Positions 48,762 through 59,232 of a stretch of 64,000 nucleotides of DNA are shown piece by piece. The position numbers were made by a program, and so were the translations under genes. The notes under the pieces are model-generated. The model did no database searches and was not told the origin of the DNA. It saw nothing but the letters and a program-made list of their open reading frames with translations. This stretch comes from an uncultured delta proteobacterium (lineage in GTDB: Bacteria > Myxococcota_A > Polyangia > Polyangiales > Houyiibacteriaceae). Every line of letters begins with the position of its first letter. The first letter of the stretch is position 1. Location: positions 785,079 through 849,078 of the forward strand of contig CAVVBB010000002.1 in the NCBI GenBank assembly GCA_963746475.1. The letters run 5' to 3'.

Positions 48762-50202
48762 GAACCCAGGTATCCTTCGTTCCACCGCCTTGCGACGAAT
48801 TGACAACCAACGAACCCTTCTTGAGGGCAACGCGTGTGAGCCCACCTGGGAGCACCCAGCTCTTCTTCCCCGTGACGATGTAGGGCCGCAGGTCGACATG
48901 ACGCGGCTGGACCGAATCCTCGATCAACGTTGGACACACCGAGAGATCGACCACCGGCTGGCTGATGTAATTGGCCGGATTCTGTTCGAGAAGCGCACGG
49001 CACTCGGCCAACTCATCCCGGCTCGCCTTCGGCCCAACGACGATTCCGTATCCGCCCGATTCGCCGACGGGTTTGACGACGAGCTCATCGAGGTGAGCCA
49101 GCGTATAGGCCAGGCCCTCGGGCTCGCGGCAGAGATTCGTTTCGACGTTCTGTAGAATCGGCTCCTCGTCGAGGTAGTAGCGGAGGATCCGCGGCATGTA
49201 CGCATAGATCGCCTTGTCATCGGCGACGCCCGTGCCGATCGCGTTGGCCAAGGACAGCCGTCCCGCACGGTAAACCTCGAAGAGTCCAGGCACGCCGAGC
49301 ACACTGTCGGGATCGAACTGCATGGGATCGAGGAATGCATCGTCGACTCGGCGGTAGATCACGTCGACCGGGCGTAGGCCGCCCGTGGTCTTCATGAACA
49401 CGCGACCCTCATCCACGACGAGGTCGCGGCCTTCGACGAGGGGGACGCCCATCTCGCGGGCCAAAAACACATGCTCGAAGTAAGCCGAGTTGTAGACGCC
49501 GGGTGACATCAAAACGATGCTGGCGTCCTCGACCTCAGGCGGTGCAATCTCAGCGAGGGCGGTCCGCAGCTGCATGCCGTAATTCGAAACCTGGCGGATA
49601 CCAAGGCTCTCGGTGAGATCTGGGAACGCCCGCATCATTAGATGGCGGTTCTCCACCACGTACGAAACCCCCGATGGGGTTCGGGCGTTGTCCTCGAGGA
49701 CCCGGAACACGCCTTCGCCATCCCGCACCAAGTCGATGCCGCAAATGGCGACATACGTTCGGTGTGGAAGGTCGACCCCTCGCATCTCTGGGCGAAAGTT
49801 CGAATTCTTCAGAACGAGCTCGGCAGGCACGATGCCGTCTTTCAGAATGTGTTGCTCGTGGTAGATGTCATGAAGGAAATGGTTGAGTGCCGACACGCGC
49901 TGCACACAGCCACGCTCGATGTGGTCCCAATCTTCGCGCGAAAGGATGCGGGGGATCACGTCAAAAGGCAGAACCCGATCGATCGCGTCGCGATCGCTGT
50001 ACACCGTGAAAGTGATGCCCAGGTTGTAGAGCTCCCGGTCGCTTCGCTGTGCCCGACGTCGCAGAGTCGAGATCTTCAAGGACCCGATGCGGTCCTGTAT
50101 GAGCTTGCTGTGCGCGGCGGGCTGCGAGTCACTGCCAAGCATCTCGCAGAAGAAACCGTCCCTATCGTAGTTGGCAAACAGCCCTGTCTTCGAATCAGAC
50201 AA
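48754..50202 (-). CDS. Circularly permuted type-2 ATP-grasp protein (DUF404/DUF407)
   Basis: The N-terminus ...YDRDGFFCEMLG...LYNLGITFTVYSDRDAIDRVLPFDVIPRILSREDW and an overall length of about 480 aa fit this family. It is paired with an alpha-E gene, as is usual. Confidence 0.8.
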   Translation of the reverse strand: MSDSKTGLFANYDRDGFFCEMLGSDSQPAAHSKLIQDRIGSLKISTLRRRAQRSDRELYNLGITFTVYSDRDAIDRVLPFDVIPRILSREDWDHIERGCVQRVSALNHFLHDIYHEQHILKDGIVPAELVLKNSNFRPEMRGVDLPHRTYVAICGIDLVRDGEGVFRVLEDNARTPSGVSYVVENRHLMMRAFPDLTESLGIRQVSNYGMQLRTALAEIAPPEVEDASIVLMSPGVYNSAYFEHVFLAREMGVPLVEGRDLVVDEGRVFMKTTGGLRPVDVIYRRVDDAFLDPMQFDPDSVLGVPGLFEVYRAGRLSLANAIGTGVADDKAIYAYMPRILRYYLDEEPILQNVETNLCREPEGLAYTLAHLDELVVKPVGESGGYGIVVGPKASRDELAECRALLEQNPANYISQPVVDLSVCPTLIEDSVQPRHVDLRPYIVTGKKSWVLPGGLTRVALKKGSLVVNSSQGGGTKDTWVLE

Positions 50203-50522
50203 ATGACCCTCAGGAACTTCCCCCCGGCAGGGTACTCGTATGACAGTTGTTTGTGCGAACGCAAGCCTCCTCGGAGCAAGGCCGGGGCAGAGTTTCTATG
50301 TTCGCTGTCCGCCCGGAGGCGCTAGCGGCGCTGCTGGTCTCATCCCGCCGCGGAAGCTTTTGGGCCGGCCTCGAACGCTTCCAAGCCGGAACGGTCTTCG
50401 GGGCGAGCAACTCCGCTCCGAAGGCTAAACAGGTCCCGAGGAGAGATCTCGCCGGGAGCTTGCACGGCGTTCATCGTTTCGGCTGTGTGGGGCTCGTCCC
50501 TCGAAGCTCCGGGCGGGCTAAG

Positions 50523-51353
50523 CTAGTCGGCCCGTCGAGCCGAGATCATGAGCGAGCCGGACTCCGAGCGGAGCTCTAAGCGGTTCCCTTCGAAGCGGGC
50601 GAGGTGGGTCCCCTCTAAAGCCTTTAGGAACCGCGTTTCCTGTTCCATCACGCCCTCTGGTTCCGCACATAGGCGGCGGGTCGCAGCGGCTGCGCCGATA
50701 AGCATGCGCTTGCCGTTCACGGTGTACGCTGCCGTGAAGCGATTGCATCCAGCCGTGCCACTCAGGCTTCCGCCCGCTGCGAACTCGAGCGTGAGCGAGG
50801 TTTCTTTGATGAGGCTCGTTACACCACCGCGACCGTTGTTGTAGCCGCGCACGTCCCAGCGGGTTCCCGCAAGCTCGGTTGGCTGCGCCCTAAAAGTAGC
50901 CAGCAACGCTCCTGATTCATGGAGCAAGGACAGCTGCCCGGCGTCGACTGTGGCGCTCCGGGTGCCGACCAGAGCCTTCATGAACGCGGACGCTTGCTCC
51001 ATGAATGGCTGCGGACAGGCTGCGCTGGTGCTGGCCACGCGCGGATCGATCGTCAGCGCGTCACCTTGCGCGACATACCCGCTGTGAAAGCGATTGCAGC
51101 CGTCGCTGCCGCTCACTTTTCCGCTCTCGAAACTGAGTGTGATCTCGGTGTTCTGCACCAGTTCGCGGCCAGGCAGCTTCGTCAAGACCCACGCCGTTTG
51201 ATTCAGACGATCGTCGCTCGCCTGAGCGGCTTTCGGTTCTGGTGACTGCGGACTTTCCATGGGCTTGGTCCCTTCGCTTCCGGGTTTGCGCCTGCTTTCG
51301 CAAGCATACAGAGCGAACGTCGCACAAAGGGCAAGCACCGTCAGTTCTCTCAT
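50523..51353 (-). CDS. Lipoprotein with two META (HslJ-like) domains
   Basis: Lipobox FALYAC. There are two copies of the META pattern (WVLTKL...SGSDGCNRFHSGY and WDVRGY...SGTAGCNRFTAAY). Confidence 0.75.
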   Translation of the reverse strand: MRELTVLALCATFALYACESRRKPGSEGTKPMESPQSPEPKAAQASDDRLNQTAWVLTKLPGRELVQNTEITLSFESGKVSGSDGCNRFHSGYVAQGDALTIDPRVASTSAACPQPFMEQASAFMKALVGTRSATVDAGQLSLLHESGALLATFRAQPTELAGTRWDVRGYNNGRGGVTSLIKETSLTLEFAAGGSLSGTAGCNRFTAAYTVNGKRMLIGAAAATRRLCAEPEGVMEQETRFLKALEGTHLARFEGNRLELRSESGSLMISARRAD

Positions 51354-51558
51354 GCGCTCTCCTTCAGTCAGCTCGGGTTCGGCGCGCGAAGCGTCGAACC
51401 GACCATCGTCGCTCTTAGCACAGGTGTCGCCATGGACTGCTGGCTCCCTCAGCCCCGGTAACGCCTGAGTCGAGGAGGCACGCCGCAGCCAAGGGCGCCA
51501 TGAGACCCGACGAAGGGGTGAGCTGGGCCATCATGGCCGTGGAGCGCGCGTCGCTTCC

Positions 51559-53100
51559 TCACCAGGGTGCGGGCTTGTAGTCCTTTAGAAACTGTCCCCA
51601 GACATGTGTGCCCGTCGCAAAGCCAGCGAAGATGGGGTCGACGATGCGAGCGGCTCCGTCGACGATGTCCAATGGCGGGTGGAAGCCATGCTCGTCCTTC
51701 TTGCGTTGGCTGATGTGCGCCGGGTCCTCATCGGTGACCCATCCCGTGTCCACGCTGTTCATGTGGATTCCGTGGCGAATGAAATCGTGGGCCGACGTTC
51801 GGGTCATCATATTGAGCGCCGCCTTGGCCATGTTTGTATGGGGATGCTTGTCGGTCTTGAAGCTTCGGTAGAACTGGCCCTCGACGGCCGAGACGTTGAC
51901 GATGTGCTTGTCCCCGTTCGAATGACGAAGCATGAGCGGTTTGAGGCGCGCATTTAGAACGAACGGCGCGATGGCGTTGACAAGCTGGACTTCGATGAGC
52001 TCGACCGTGCTCACCTGGTCGAGCGCCAGGCGCCAACTGTTGACCTGGCGAAGATCGACCTGCTGAAGGTCTGCATCGAGCACCCCTTCGGGGAAGAGGT
52101 GCGGGCCGCGCTCTCGGTCTTCGTCGATGAGTGCGAGCTGAGAGAGGGCGGGTGCGTCGTGTACGAGCTTCGCCTGCAGCGCGCGGTCGTTCTTGCTCTC
52201 ATCGATGAGGAGTGAATGTGGCTTCGCCTGCCGGGAAGCATGGGATTCGAGAAGGGCCCGCTCCGAGCTCGAAAGGCTCTTCAGGGGAGCGCGCTCCGCG
52301 TCCATCAGGTGGTGGTAGAAGCCCGTCGGGCGCCTCACGGTCTGGCAGGCGTTGTGCAGTATGAAATCGAGGCGCGCTTCTTCGCGGCACAGATGTGCCG
52401 CGAACGCCTCGACGCTCGGCGTGTGACGCAAGTCCAGCCCATGGATCTGCAGCCGCTCGCCCCAGACTTCGAAATCCTCTTCGGCCGCGTAGCGCTTTGC
52501 TGCATCGCGCGGGAAACGCGTGCTGACGATGACGCGCGCACCCGCTCGGAGCAGAAAAATGGCAGCCTGATAGCCAATCTTCACTCGGGCCCCGGAAATA
52601 TAAGCCGTCCGCCCCGAGAGCTCGGCCGTTTGAGTTCGCTTCGAATGGTTGAAGTCGCCGCAGGGCTTGCACATCTGGTCGTAGAAGAAGTGCATCTCAC
52701 GGAAGGGCTCCTTGCAGATGTAGCAACGCCGCTCGCGCTTGAGCTCATTGGTGCCTGCAGGCAGTTGGAGAGTCGGGGCATCTTCGATCGCATCCATCGC
52801 GGGACCCGCGGTCGCGTGAAGCGGCCGAGGTGTCGAGAAGACCGCCTCCTGCCGCTTTTGGCGTATGCGGGACCTGCTCAGTACCGCGGCATCGGCTGTC
52901 CGCTCCTGCTTCTTCTTCGCTTTGCTGAGTGTCCTAGCAAGCACCTTCTGCTCTTGTCGGGCAGGGCGGGAGAAGCGTCCGGCAGCGATGAGCAGCCGTT
53001 GTCGCTTCTCTGGCGAAAGCTCAGCCAGATGTCCGCGGTTATCGATCAGCGACTCGAGCAGCTCGATCGCTGTGTCAACGTGCTTGGGGTGGAAAGGCAA
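51559..53100 (-). CDS. SDR-family oxidoreductase with a roughly 170-aa N-terminal extension containing a CxxC...CxxC motif
   Basis: The Rossmann part is AYISGARVKIGYQAAIFLLRAGARVIV. The catalytic region is ...HPHTNMAKAALNMM (Y/H-x3-K position). Upstream lies RRCYICKEPFREMHFFYDQMCKPCGDF. Confidence 0.65.
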   Translation of the reverse strand: MPFHPKHVDTAIELLESLIDNRGHLAELSPEKRQRLLIAAGRFSRPARQEQKVLARTLSKAKKKQERTADAAVLSRSRIRQKRQEAVFSTPRPLHATAGPAMDAIEDAPTLQLPAGTNELKRERRCYICKEPFREMHFFYDQMCKPCGDFNHSKRTQTAELSGRTAYISGARVKIGYQAAIFLLRAGARVIVSTRFPRDAAKRYAAEEDFEVWGERLQIHGLDLRHTPSVEAFAAHLCREEARLDFILHNACQTVRRPTGFYHHLMDAERAPLKSLSSSERALLESHASRQAKPHSLLIDESKNDRALQAKLVHDAPALSQLALIDEDRERGPHLFPEGVLDADLQQVDLRQVNSWRLALDQVSTVELIEVQLVNAIAPFVLNARLKPLMLRHSNGDKHIVNVSAVEGQFYRSFKTDKHPHTNMAKAALNMMTRTSAHDFIRHGIHMNSVDTGWVTDEDPAHISQRKKDEHGFHPPLDIVDGAARIVDPIFAGFATGTHVWGQFLKDYKPAPW

Positions 53101-53297
53101 AATCGTATCGGGAGGTTAGGAGAGGTGGCCCCCTTCATGACTCAGCTTTGCGCGGAGGGCACGCTCACAGCTAAGCCGGCCTGCGGGGCTGCGGTGTGGC
53201 CGAGGGACTCGTTCGACGGCTCGCGCTGTCGTCATCGCATAAAGGGCCTAGGGGGAGAGGGGCTTGGATCGTGCTAAGGGAAGCGCCTAGGACGCTG

Positions 53298-54224
53298 ATG
53301 CAGTCGATCATTTCCGTCGCCAACCTGAACAAGACCTATGACTCGGGGTTTGCGGCTCTGAAGGATGTGGGGCTAGAGATTCGCCGCGGTGAGATCTTTG
53401 CGCTCTTGGGGCCCAATGGGGCAGGGAAGACCACGCTGATCAGCATCATCTGCGGGATTGTGAATCCGAGCGCCGGGACCGTGCTCGTTGACGGCCATGA
53501 TGTGGTGTCGGAGTACCGGGCGGCGCGGTCGTTGATAGGGCTGGTGCCTCAGGAGCTGTCTACCGATGCGTTTGAGAGTGTGTGGGCGACGGTGAGCTTC
53601 AGCCGCGGGCTTTTTGGGAAGGCGCCTGATCCTGCGCACATCGAGAAGTTGCTGCGGGAGCTTTCGCTTTGGGACAAGAAGGACTCGAAGATCAGGGAGT
53701 TGTCCGGCGGGATGAAGCGGCGCGTGATGATTGCCAAGGCCTTGTCGCACGAGCCGGTCATCCTGTTTCTCGATGAGCCGACCGCCGGCGTGGATGTCGA
53801 GCTTCGGCGCGACATGTGGGAGATGGTTCGAGGGCTACGGCAAAGCGGTGTGACCATCATCCTGACCACCCACTACATCGAGGAGGCCGAGGAAATGGCC
53901 GATCGGATTGGGGTCATGAGCAAAGGGAAGATCATCTTGGTCGAAGACAAGGAGACCTTGATACGCAAGCTCGGAAAGAAGCAGCTGACGCTCCACTTGC
54001 AGAGCTCGCTGGCCCGCATCCCGGACGAGCTGCTCGGGCACCCGCTCGAACTTTCGGAGGACGGGAACGAGCTGGTTTACACGTTCAATGCGCAGGGGGA
54101 GCACACGGGGATCGCGGCACTTTTGCGGAGACTCAATGAACACGGGGTTCACTTCCGAGACATTCAGTCGAGCCAGAGCTCGCTCGAGGAGATTTTTGTG
54201 AGCCTGGTGAACGAGGAGCGATGA
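53298..54224 (+). CDS. ABC transporter ATP-binding protein (ABC-2 / YadG-like)
   Basis: Walker A is GPNGAGKTT, the signature is LSGGMKRR and Walker B is ILFLDEPT. Start chosen at [10 protein letters not shown] (53298). Confidence 0.85.
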   Translation: MQSIISVANLNKTYDSGFAALKDVGLEIRRGEIFALLGPNGAGKTTLISIICGIVNPSAGTVLVDGHDVVSEYRAARSLIGLVPQELSTDAFESVWATVSFSRGLFGKAPDPAHIEKLLRELSLWDKKDSKIRELSGGMKRRVMIAKALSHEPVILFLDEPTAGVDVELRRDMWEMVRGLRQSGVTIILTTHYIEEAEEMADRIGVMSKGKIILVEDKETLIRKLGKKQLTLHLQSSLARIPDELLGHPLELSEDGNELVYTFNAQGEHTGIAALLRRLNEHGVHFRDIQSSQSSLEEIFVSLVNEER

Positions 54225-54982
54225 GTTTCTATTCGGTTCGGGCGATCTATTTGTTCGAGATGGCGCGCACGAGACGCACGCTGCTGCAGAGTGTCATCGC
54301 GCCGGTACTCTCGACCTCGCTCTACTTCATCGTGTTCGGATCGGCGATCGGTTCGCGGATGGTGGAGATCGACGGGGTTAGCTACGGAGCGTTCATCATT
54401 CCGGGGTTGACGATGCTGTCTCTGCTGACCCAGAGCGTTTCGAACGCTTCCTTTGGCATTTACATGCCAAAGTTTTCGGGGACGATTTACGAGCTGCTCT
54501 CTGCGCCGATCTCGTACGTCGAGATCCTTCTGGGCTACGTCGGGGCGGCGGCCAGTAAGTCGATCGGGCTTGGGCTTCTGATTCTGGTGACGGCCCGGTT
54601 CTTCGTGGACTACGAAATCGCGCATCCATTTTGGATGGTCGCGCTCCTGGTGCTCACCGCGGTCACCTTCAGTCTCTTTGGATTCATCCTCGGCGTCTGG
54701 GCGGATGGTTTCGAGAAACTGCAGGTCGTTCCGATGATGATCATCACGCCACTCACGTTTCTCGGAGGCAGCTTCTACTCCATCGACATGCTGCCGCCGT
54801 TTTGGCAGAAGGTGACCTTGCTCAACCCGGTCGTGTATTTGATCAGCGCGTTTCGCTGGAGCTTTTACGGGTTGGCGGACGTGAGCGTGACCCTGAGCGT
54901 AGGGATGATTCTGCTCTTTCTGGGTGCCTGCTTGCTGCTCGTGCGCTGGATGTTCAAGAGCGGGTATCGCCTCCGGGCTTGA
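54221..54982 (+). CDS. ABC-2 type transporter permease (YadH-like)
   Basis: Six TM segments. Its ATGA overlaps the ATPase gene. The N-terminus is typical: [27 protein letters not shown]. Confidence 0.8.
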   Translation: MSFYSVRAIYLFEMARTRRTLLQSVIAPVLSTSLYFIVFGSAIGSRMVEIDGVSYGAFIIPGLTMLSLLTQSVSNASFGIYMPKFSGTIYELLSAPISYVEILLGYVGAAASKSIGLGLLILVTARFFVDYEIAHPFWMVALLVLTAVTFSLFGFILGVWADGFEKLQVVPMMIITPLTFLGGSFYSIDMLPPFWQKVTLLNPVVYLISAFRWSFYGLADVSVTLSVGMILLFLGACLLLVRWMFKSGYRLRA

Positions 54983-55174
54983 GCCGCGTCGCATGTCTCC
55001 AAGAAACTGACCAACAAGTCTCTTTCGCAGAGCAAACCCATGTGATTGCAGACGCTTAGCGAATTCCACGGTAGCTCAAACGAGATCTCTACCGGTTGGC
55101 CGTCAGAGTGCTCCTCGTAGGCCCGAGCGGCCACCATGGAGGGGGCGCTCCGAGGACCTACGATTGGAGATCTC

Positions 55175-55606
55175 ATGCAATCGTTCGATTTCATCGCACC
55201 GCTCGCTGGCGGAGCCCTCGTCGGCCTCGCGGCGGGGGGATTTTGGCTGACGCACGGACGTGTAGCCGGAGTGAGCGGCCTCTGCGCGAGCCTCTTGGAC
55301 GGCTCCGACGAGGCCCGGGGCATCAAAGGAGCCTTTCTCACGGGGCTCATCTTCTGTGGCGCGGTGATCGCGATGCTCACCCCTGGCGCGTTTGCCAACA
55401 GCACTGATGTGCCCGCGGTGGCGGTGGTCCTAGCCGGCGGGCTAGTGGGCTATGGCGCACGCCTCGGAAACGGCTGCACGAGCGGTCACGGAATCTGCGG
55501 CATGGGTCGGATCTCGATGCGTTCCATCGTTGCCTGTGCCGTCTTCACGATCGCGGGCGCTTCGAGTCTGCTGCTCGTCTCCCTGTTGACTGGAGGTCTG
55601 CGATGA
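55175..55606 (+). CDS. YeeE/YedE-family (sulfur-compound transport-like) membrane protein, half-size
   Basis: The motif LGNGCTSGHGICG is present with four TM segments. Start chosen at MQSFDF. Confidence 0.7.
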   Translation: MQSFDFIAPLAGGALVGLAAGGFWLTHGRVAGVSGLCASLLDGSDEARGIKGAFLTGLIFCGAVIAMLTPGAFANSTDVPAVAVVLAGGLVGYGARLGNGCTSGHGICGMGRISMRSIVACAVFTIAGASSLLLVSLLTGGLR

Positions 55607-56067
55607 ACCGCCTACTCGCATTCATTTGGGGAAGCCTCCTCGCCCTTGGAATCGCCATCGCCAAGGTCGCCCAACCCTCGACCATCCTCGGCTATCTCGA
55701 CGTTTTCGGCGACTGGGACCCCACGCTCTTCATCGCACTGTGCGCAGGCTCATTCGTCTACGGCGTATTTCACCACGGTGTTACGCGGCTCACGCAGCGG
55801 ACGATCCGTGTCGTACGCCAAGGTCCGCGCCCCCAAAAGATCGACCGTGCCCTGCTCCTGGGGGCGACGCTCTTCGGTGCGGGCTGGGGCATCGCTGGCA
55901 TGTGCCCCGGAGCGGTGCTGGTGAGCGCCGCCCATCCGGACGGCCGGGCCTTTCTCTTCCTGCTCGCGATGTTCGTCGGAATGTTCGCGCACGGTCCAAC
56001 GAGGAGGCTCATCTCCCCGCAGTGGCTTCGTTCTCGAGCACCGGCTCAGCCGGAGCGGGCCGGCTGA
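55603..56067 (+). CDS. YeeE/YedE-family membrane protein, second half-size partner
   Basis: There is an ATGA overlap with the previous gene. GAGWGIAGMCPG is present with four TM segments. Confidence 0.65.
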   Translation: MNRLLAFIWGSLLALGIAIAKVAQPSTILGYLDVFGDWDPTLFIALCAGSFVYGVFHHGVTRLTQRTIRVVRQGPRPQKIDRALLLGATLFGAGWGIAGMCPGAVLVSAAHPDGRAFLFLLAMFVGMFAHGPTRRLISPQWLRSRAPAQPERAG

Positions 56068-56237
56068 TGCCACTCTGGGCCTCAGGATTTGCTCTGGACT
56101 TAGGTCAGCGAGTTTTCATTTGGGCGCTGGAGGGAGGGGGCGCAAAGCCGACCCTCCAGCGCCCTTCCGTTCAGAGCCAGAGCGGGGCGTGAGGGCAATG
56201 GGCCGCAGCTTCCGAGCATGGTACGAGAACCGAAGAC

Positions 56238-58592
56238 GTGCACGACTCTCTCCCCATCGATGCTCACCGCGCCGACATTTTGGACGCCTTCGGGCGGGGG
56301 CCACTGGTGATCACTTCGCCGACGGGATCGGGCAAATCCACTCAGGTTCCGCGATGGCTTCCCGGGCGCGTCTTCGTCGTGGAGCCACGCCGGGTTGCTT
56401 GCCAGAGCCTGGCCCGCCGGGTCGCCGAGCTCGAGGGCGCCTCGGTGGGGAGCGAAGTCGGCTACCAGGTCCGAGACGATAGGCGAGAGAGCGCGGCGAC
56501 GCGCATCTCCTTCCTCACGCCCGGAATCGCGCTGCGCCGCTTCGAAGAGATCCTGGCGGCCGACTCAGTCGTCCTCGACGAGCTCCACGAGCGCCAGCTC
56601 GAGGTGGACCTGCTCCTCGCCCTCCTGCACGAGCAGCGCGCCGAGCGCTTCGCCGTCATGAGCGCGACCCTCGACGCAGAGCGGCTCTGTACGTACCTCG
56701 GGGCCCGGCACGTGCACGCGGCCGGTCGGACCTTCCCCGTCGAGATCTCACATCACGCCGCCGGGGTTACGCGCCCGCAGGCGGACGGCCTGACCGAACG
56801 TGCGCTGCGCGCGCTCGACGAGGCCATCTTGACGGGGGAGGGCGATGTCCTGATCTTCCTACCGGGCAAACGCGAGATCGCGGAGCTCGAGGCACGCCTC
56901 TCCAGTCGAAGCGACCTCGAGGTCCATCCCCTGCACGGAGGGCTCTCGCTCGAGCGACAGGCGAAGGTCTTCGAGCCCGCCCCGAAGAGGAAGGTCGTTC
57001 TCACCACGAACGTGGCGGAGACCTCCCTCACCGTGCCCGGCGTTGGGATCGTCATCGACTCCGGGCTCGTGAGACGCACCACATATCATCGCGGGCGTGG
57101 TCATCTCGCCCTCTCCGTGGTCGCGCGGGACTCCGCAGAGCAGCGGGCCGGACGCGCGGGGCGCATGTCGGCAGGGCGTTGCATTCGCCTGTGGGACGAA
57201 CGAGCCATCCTCGAACCGAGCACGCCTCCCGAGGTGCATCGCGAATCTCTGGTACCCCTCCTTCTCGGCGCCGCTGCGCAGGGGAAGGACGTGCGACGAC
57301 TCGCCTTCTTCGACGCACCCAAGAGCTACGCCGTCGAGGACGCGCTCGCCGAGCTCGTGGCGCTCGGCGCGCTCGACGAAGCGGGCGCCATCACGTCCAC
57401 GGGGCAGGCGCTCTTCGGCTTCCCGCTGGACGTGGCGCTGGGGCGGATACTGGTGGAGGGTCGCGGAAGCGCGGTCGAGGATACGGTGGTGGACCTTGTC
57501 GCGGCGCTCTCCGTGGATCGGCCTCTTTTCGTGGGTCCGCCGAGGGCGGAGGACCCCGAAGACCCGCGTGCGACGGGCTGCGACGTGAAGGCCACGCTTC
57601 GGGCGCTGGCCGAGGAAGACCAAAGGACGCGCGTGCAGAGGCAAACGCTGGAGGAAATCTTTCGCGCCCGCCGTCGACTCCGCCAGGCCCTCGGTCTCGC
57701 CCCCTCCATGCCTCCCCGGGCGCGCTACGACGCAGACGCGCTCGCGCGGGTGCTCCTCTCTGCCGACCCGCGGATCGCGCACGTCGCGCGCAACCGGAAG
57801 CAACGGCGAGTTTTCGCCGGCGGCGGGGTCGAGCTCGAGCTGGGCACAGAGAGCGCCCTCAACCTTTCGGAGAACGCGGAAGCCTGCTTGGTCCTCGGCG
57901 AGCGGGCGCTGGTCGATCCGAGCGGCGGCAAGCGACGCATCATGACGATGGGAATGCCGGTGCGCCTCGCTCTGCTGCACGCGGCAGGCCTGGGGCACGA
58001 TCGAGTCGCCGACGCATTCCTCGAGCGGGGCAGGGTGCGCGTTCGGGTGGAGCGCGTCCTCGCAAAGAAGGTCCTCGGCACGCGAGAGGAGGCGCCGCGC
58101 GGCGAGGCGGCGCGGGAAGCCATCGCCCGTCTCTTCCTCCAGGGGAGGATCTTCCGCGGCGCGGTCGCCGAGGCCAAGCTGCGCCACGGGGCCCTATCGT
58201 TGGCTAGCCAGCTGGCGGGTACGCCGCATGGAAAGGAGATGGGCCTCGAAGCGATGGAGGCTGCTCCGGCGCCGCTCGACGTCTGGGTGCGCGCTCGCCT
58301 GGAGGAGCTCGGCGTGGAGGGGGGCGACGACCTGGAGCTCCTCGCAGCGGACGACCTCCTGCCCGAGGAGCTGCCTTTTCACGTCCGCGGCATCCTCGAG
58401 AGCGAGTTTCCCCTGCGCGTGGACCTGGGCGATTCGGTCTATGAGGCCCGATACAATCTCTCGTTGAAACAGGTGCAGCTCCTGCTGAAGAAGGGGAATC
58501 GTACCAAGCCGCCGCCTCGCTCCTTTCTGCCCCGCTTCCCAGGTTTGACGGTCTTCATCGAGGCGGGTCGCACGATGCATCGCATACGCTGA
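56238..58592 (+). CDS. DEAH-box ATP-dependent helicase, HrpB-like
   Basis: Motif I is TSPTGSGKST, motif II is VLDELHER and motif III is MSATL. TNVAETSLTVPG and QRAGRAGR are also present. GTG start. A length of about 780 aa with a C-terminal HrpB-type extension fits the family. Confidence 0.8.
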   Translation: MHDSLPIDAHRADILDAFGRGPLVITSPTGSGKSTQVPRWLPGRVFVVEPRRVACQSLARRVAELEGASVGSEVGYQVRDDRRESAATRISFLTPGIALRRFEEILAADSVVLDELHERQLEVDLLLALLHEQRAERFAVMSATLDAERLCTYLGARHVHAAGRTFPVEISHHAAGVTRPQADGLTERALRALDEAILTGEGDVLIFLPGKREIAELEARLSSRSDLEVHPLHGGLSLERQAKVFEPAPKRKVVLTTNVAETSLTVPGVGIVIDSGLVRRTTYHRGRGHLALSVVARDSAEQRAGRAGRMSAGRCIRLWDERAILEPSTPPEVHRESLVPLLLGAAAQGKDVRRLAFFDAPKSYAVEDALAELVALGALDEAGAITSTGQALFGFPLDVALGRILVEGRGSAVEDTVVDLVAALSVDRPLFVGPPRAEDPEDPRATGCDVKATLRALAEEDQRTRVQRQTLEEIFRARRRLRQALGLAPSMPPRARYDADALARVLLSADPRIAHVARNRKQRRVFAGGGVELELGTESALNLSENAEACLVLGERALVDPSGGKRRIMTMGMPVRLALLHAAGLGHDRVADAFLERGRVRVRVERVLAKKVLGTREEAPRGEAAREAIARLFLQGRIFRGAVAEAKLRHGALSLASQLAGTPHGKEMGLEAMEAAPAPLDVWVRARLEELGVEGGDDLELLAADDLLPEELPFHVRGILESEFPLRVDLGDSVYEARYNLSLKQVQLLLKKGNRTKPPPRSFLPRFPGLTVFIEAGRTMHRIR

Positions 58593-58708
58593 GCCTGCGT
58601 CGTCAGGCATGGCCGAGATGTTGATGGTCGTGTCTAATCTGTAGCCACAGCGAATCAGGCTGCCCGAAAGGAGAAAGCCTCGGCCGGTGGCGAAGCTGTT
58701 TTGGGGCC

Positions 58709-59044
58709 GTGCACCAGTCGGCCGTGCTCGAGAACACCCTCGGAGAGCACGGAGGGCCGCTCACCTCGTTCGCCGGCATGGCTGGCTTCAACCGAGCCAA
58801 CCTCGAGCTCTCTCAGCTCGCACGAGAAATCTTGGTCCTCGCGCAGCGACGCCAGCAGCTTCAACAGCCGGCGACGCACACGGAGGACCCGACACCCGAG
58901 ACGCTGCCTTCGGATGCAGAGATCTGGGAACGCTTCAGCGAGCTCTGCCACCGCATGAACCGCAACAAGAGCGACCTCGCCAACGAACTCTTCGGACGGG
59001 TCGCGGGCGCAGAGGACATCCTCGCTGAGCACTACGGGGTCTGA
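58709..59044 (+). CDS. Hypothetical protein (111 aa)
   Basis: Third codon positions are strongly G/C-rich throughout. The start is uncertain (GTG 58709, or the internal Met at MAGFNRANL). No family recognised. Confidence 0.4.
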   Translation: MHQSAVLENTLGEHGGPLTSFAGMAGFNRANLELSQLAREILVLAQRRQQLQQPATHTEDPTPETLPSDAEIWERFSELCHRMNRNKSDLANELFGRVAGAEDILAEHYGV

Positions 59045-59232
59045 AGACCCGCAGGGTAGGGCGGCTACGGCTCCATGGTTCTGGGCACTCTTGCCGATGT
59101 CGATCCCGGTGCTCGTCACGCAGGGCAAGAAGCTCAAGGCGCACAACCGGGCCAAGCAGGACCGCCGCTGTCAGTACGCGCCTGGCCGTTGAGGGCGCGG
59201 GTCATGGGCTGCCGGCGATGCGGTAGGTCCCA

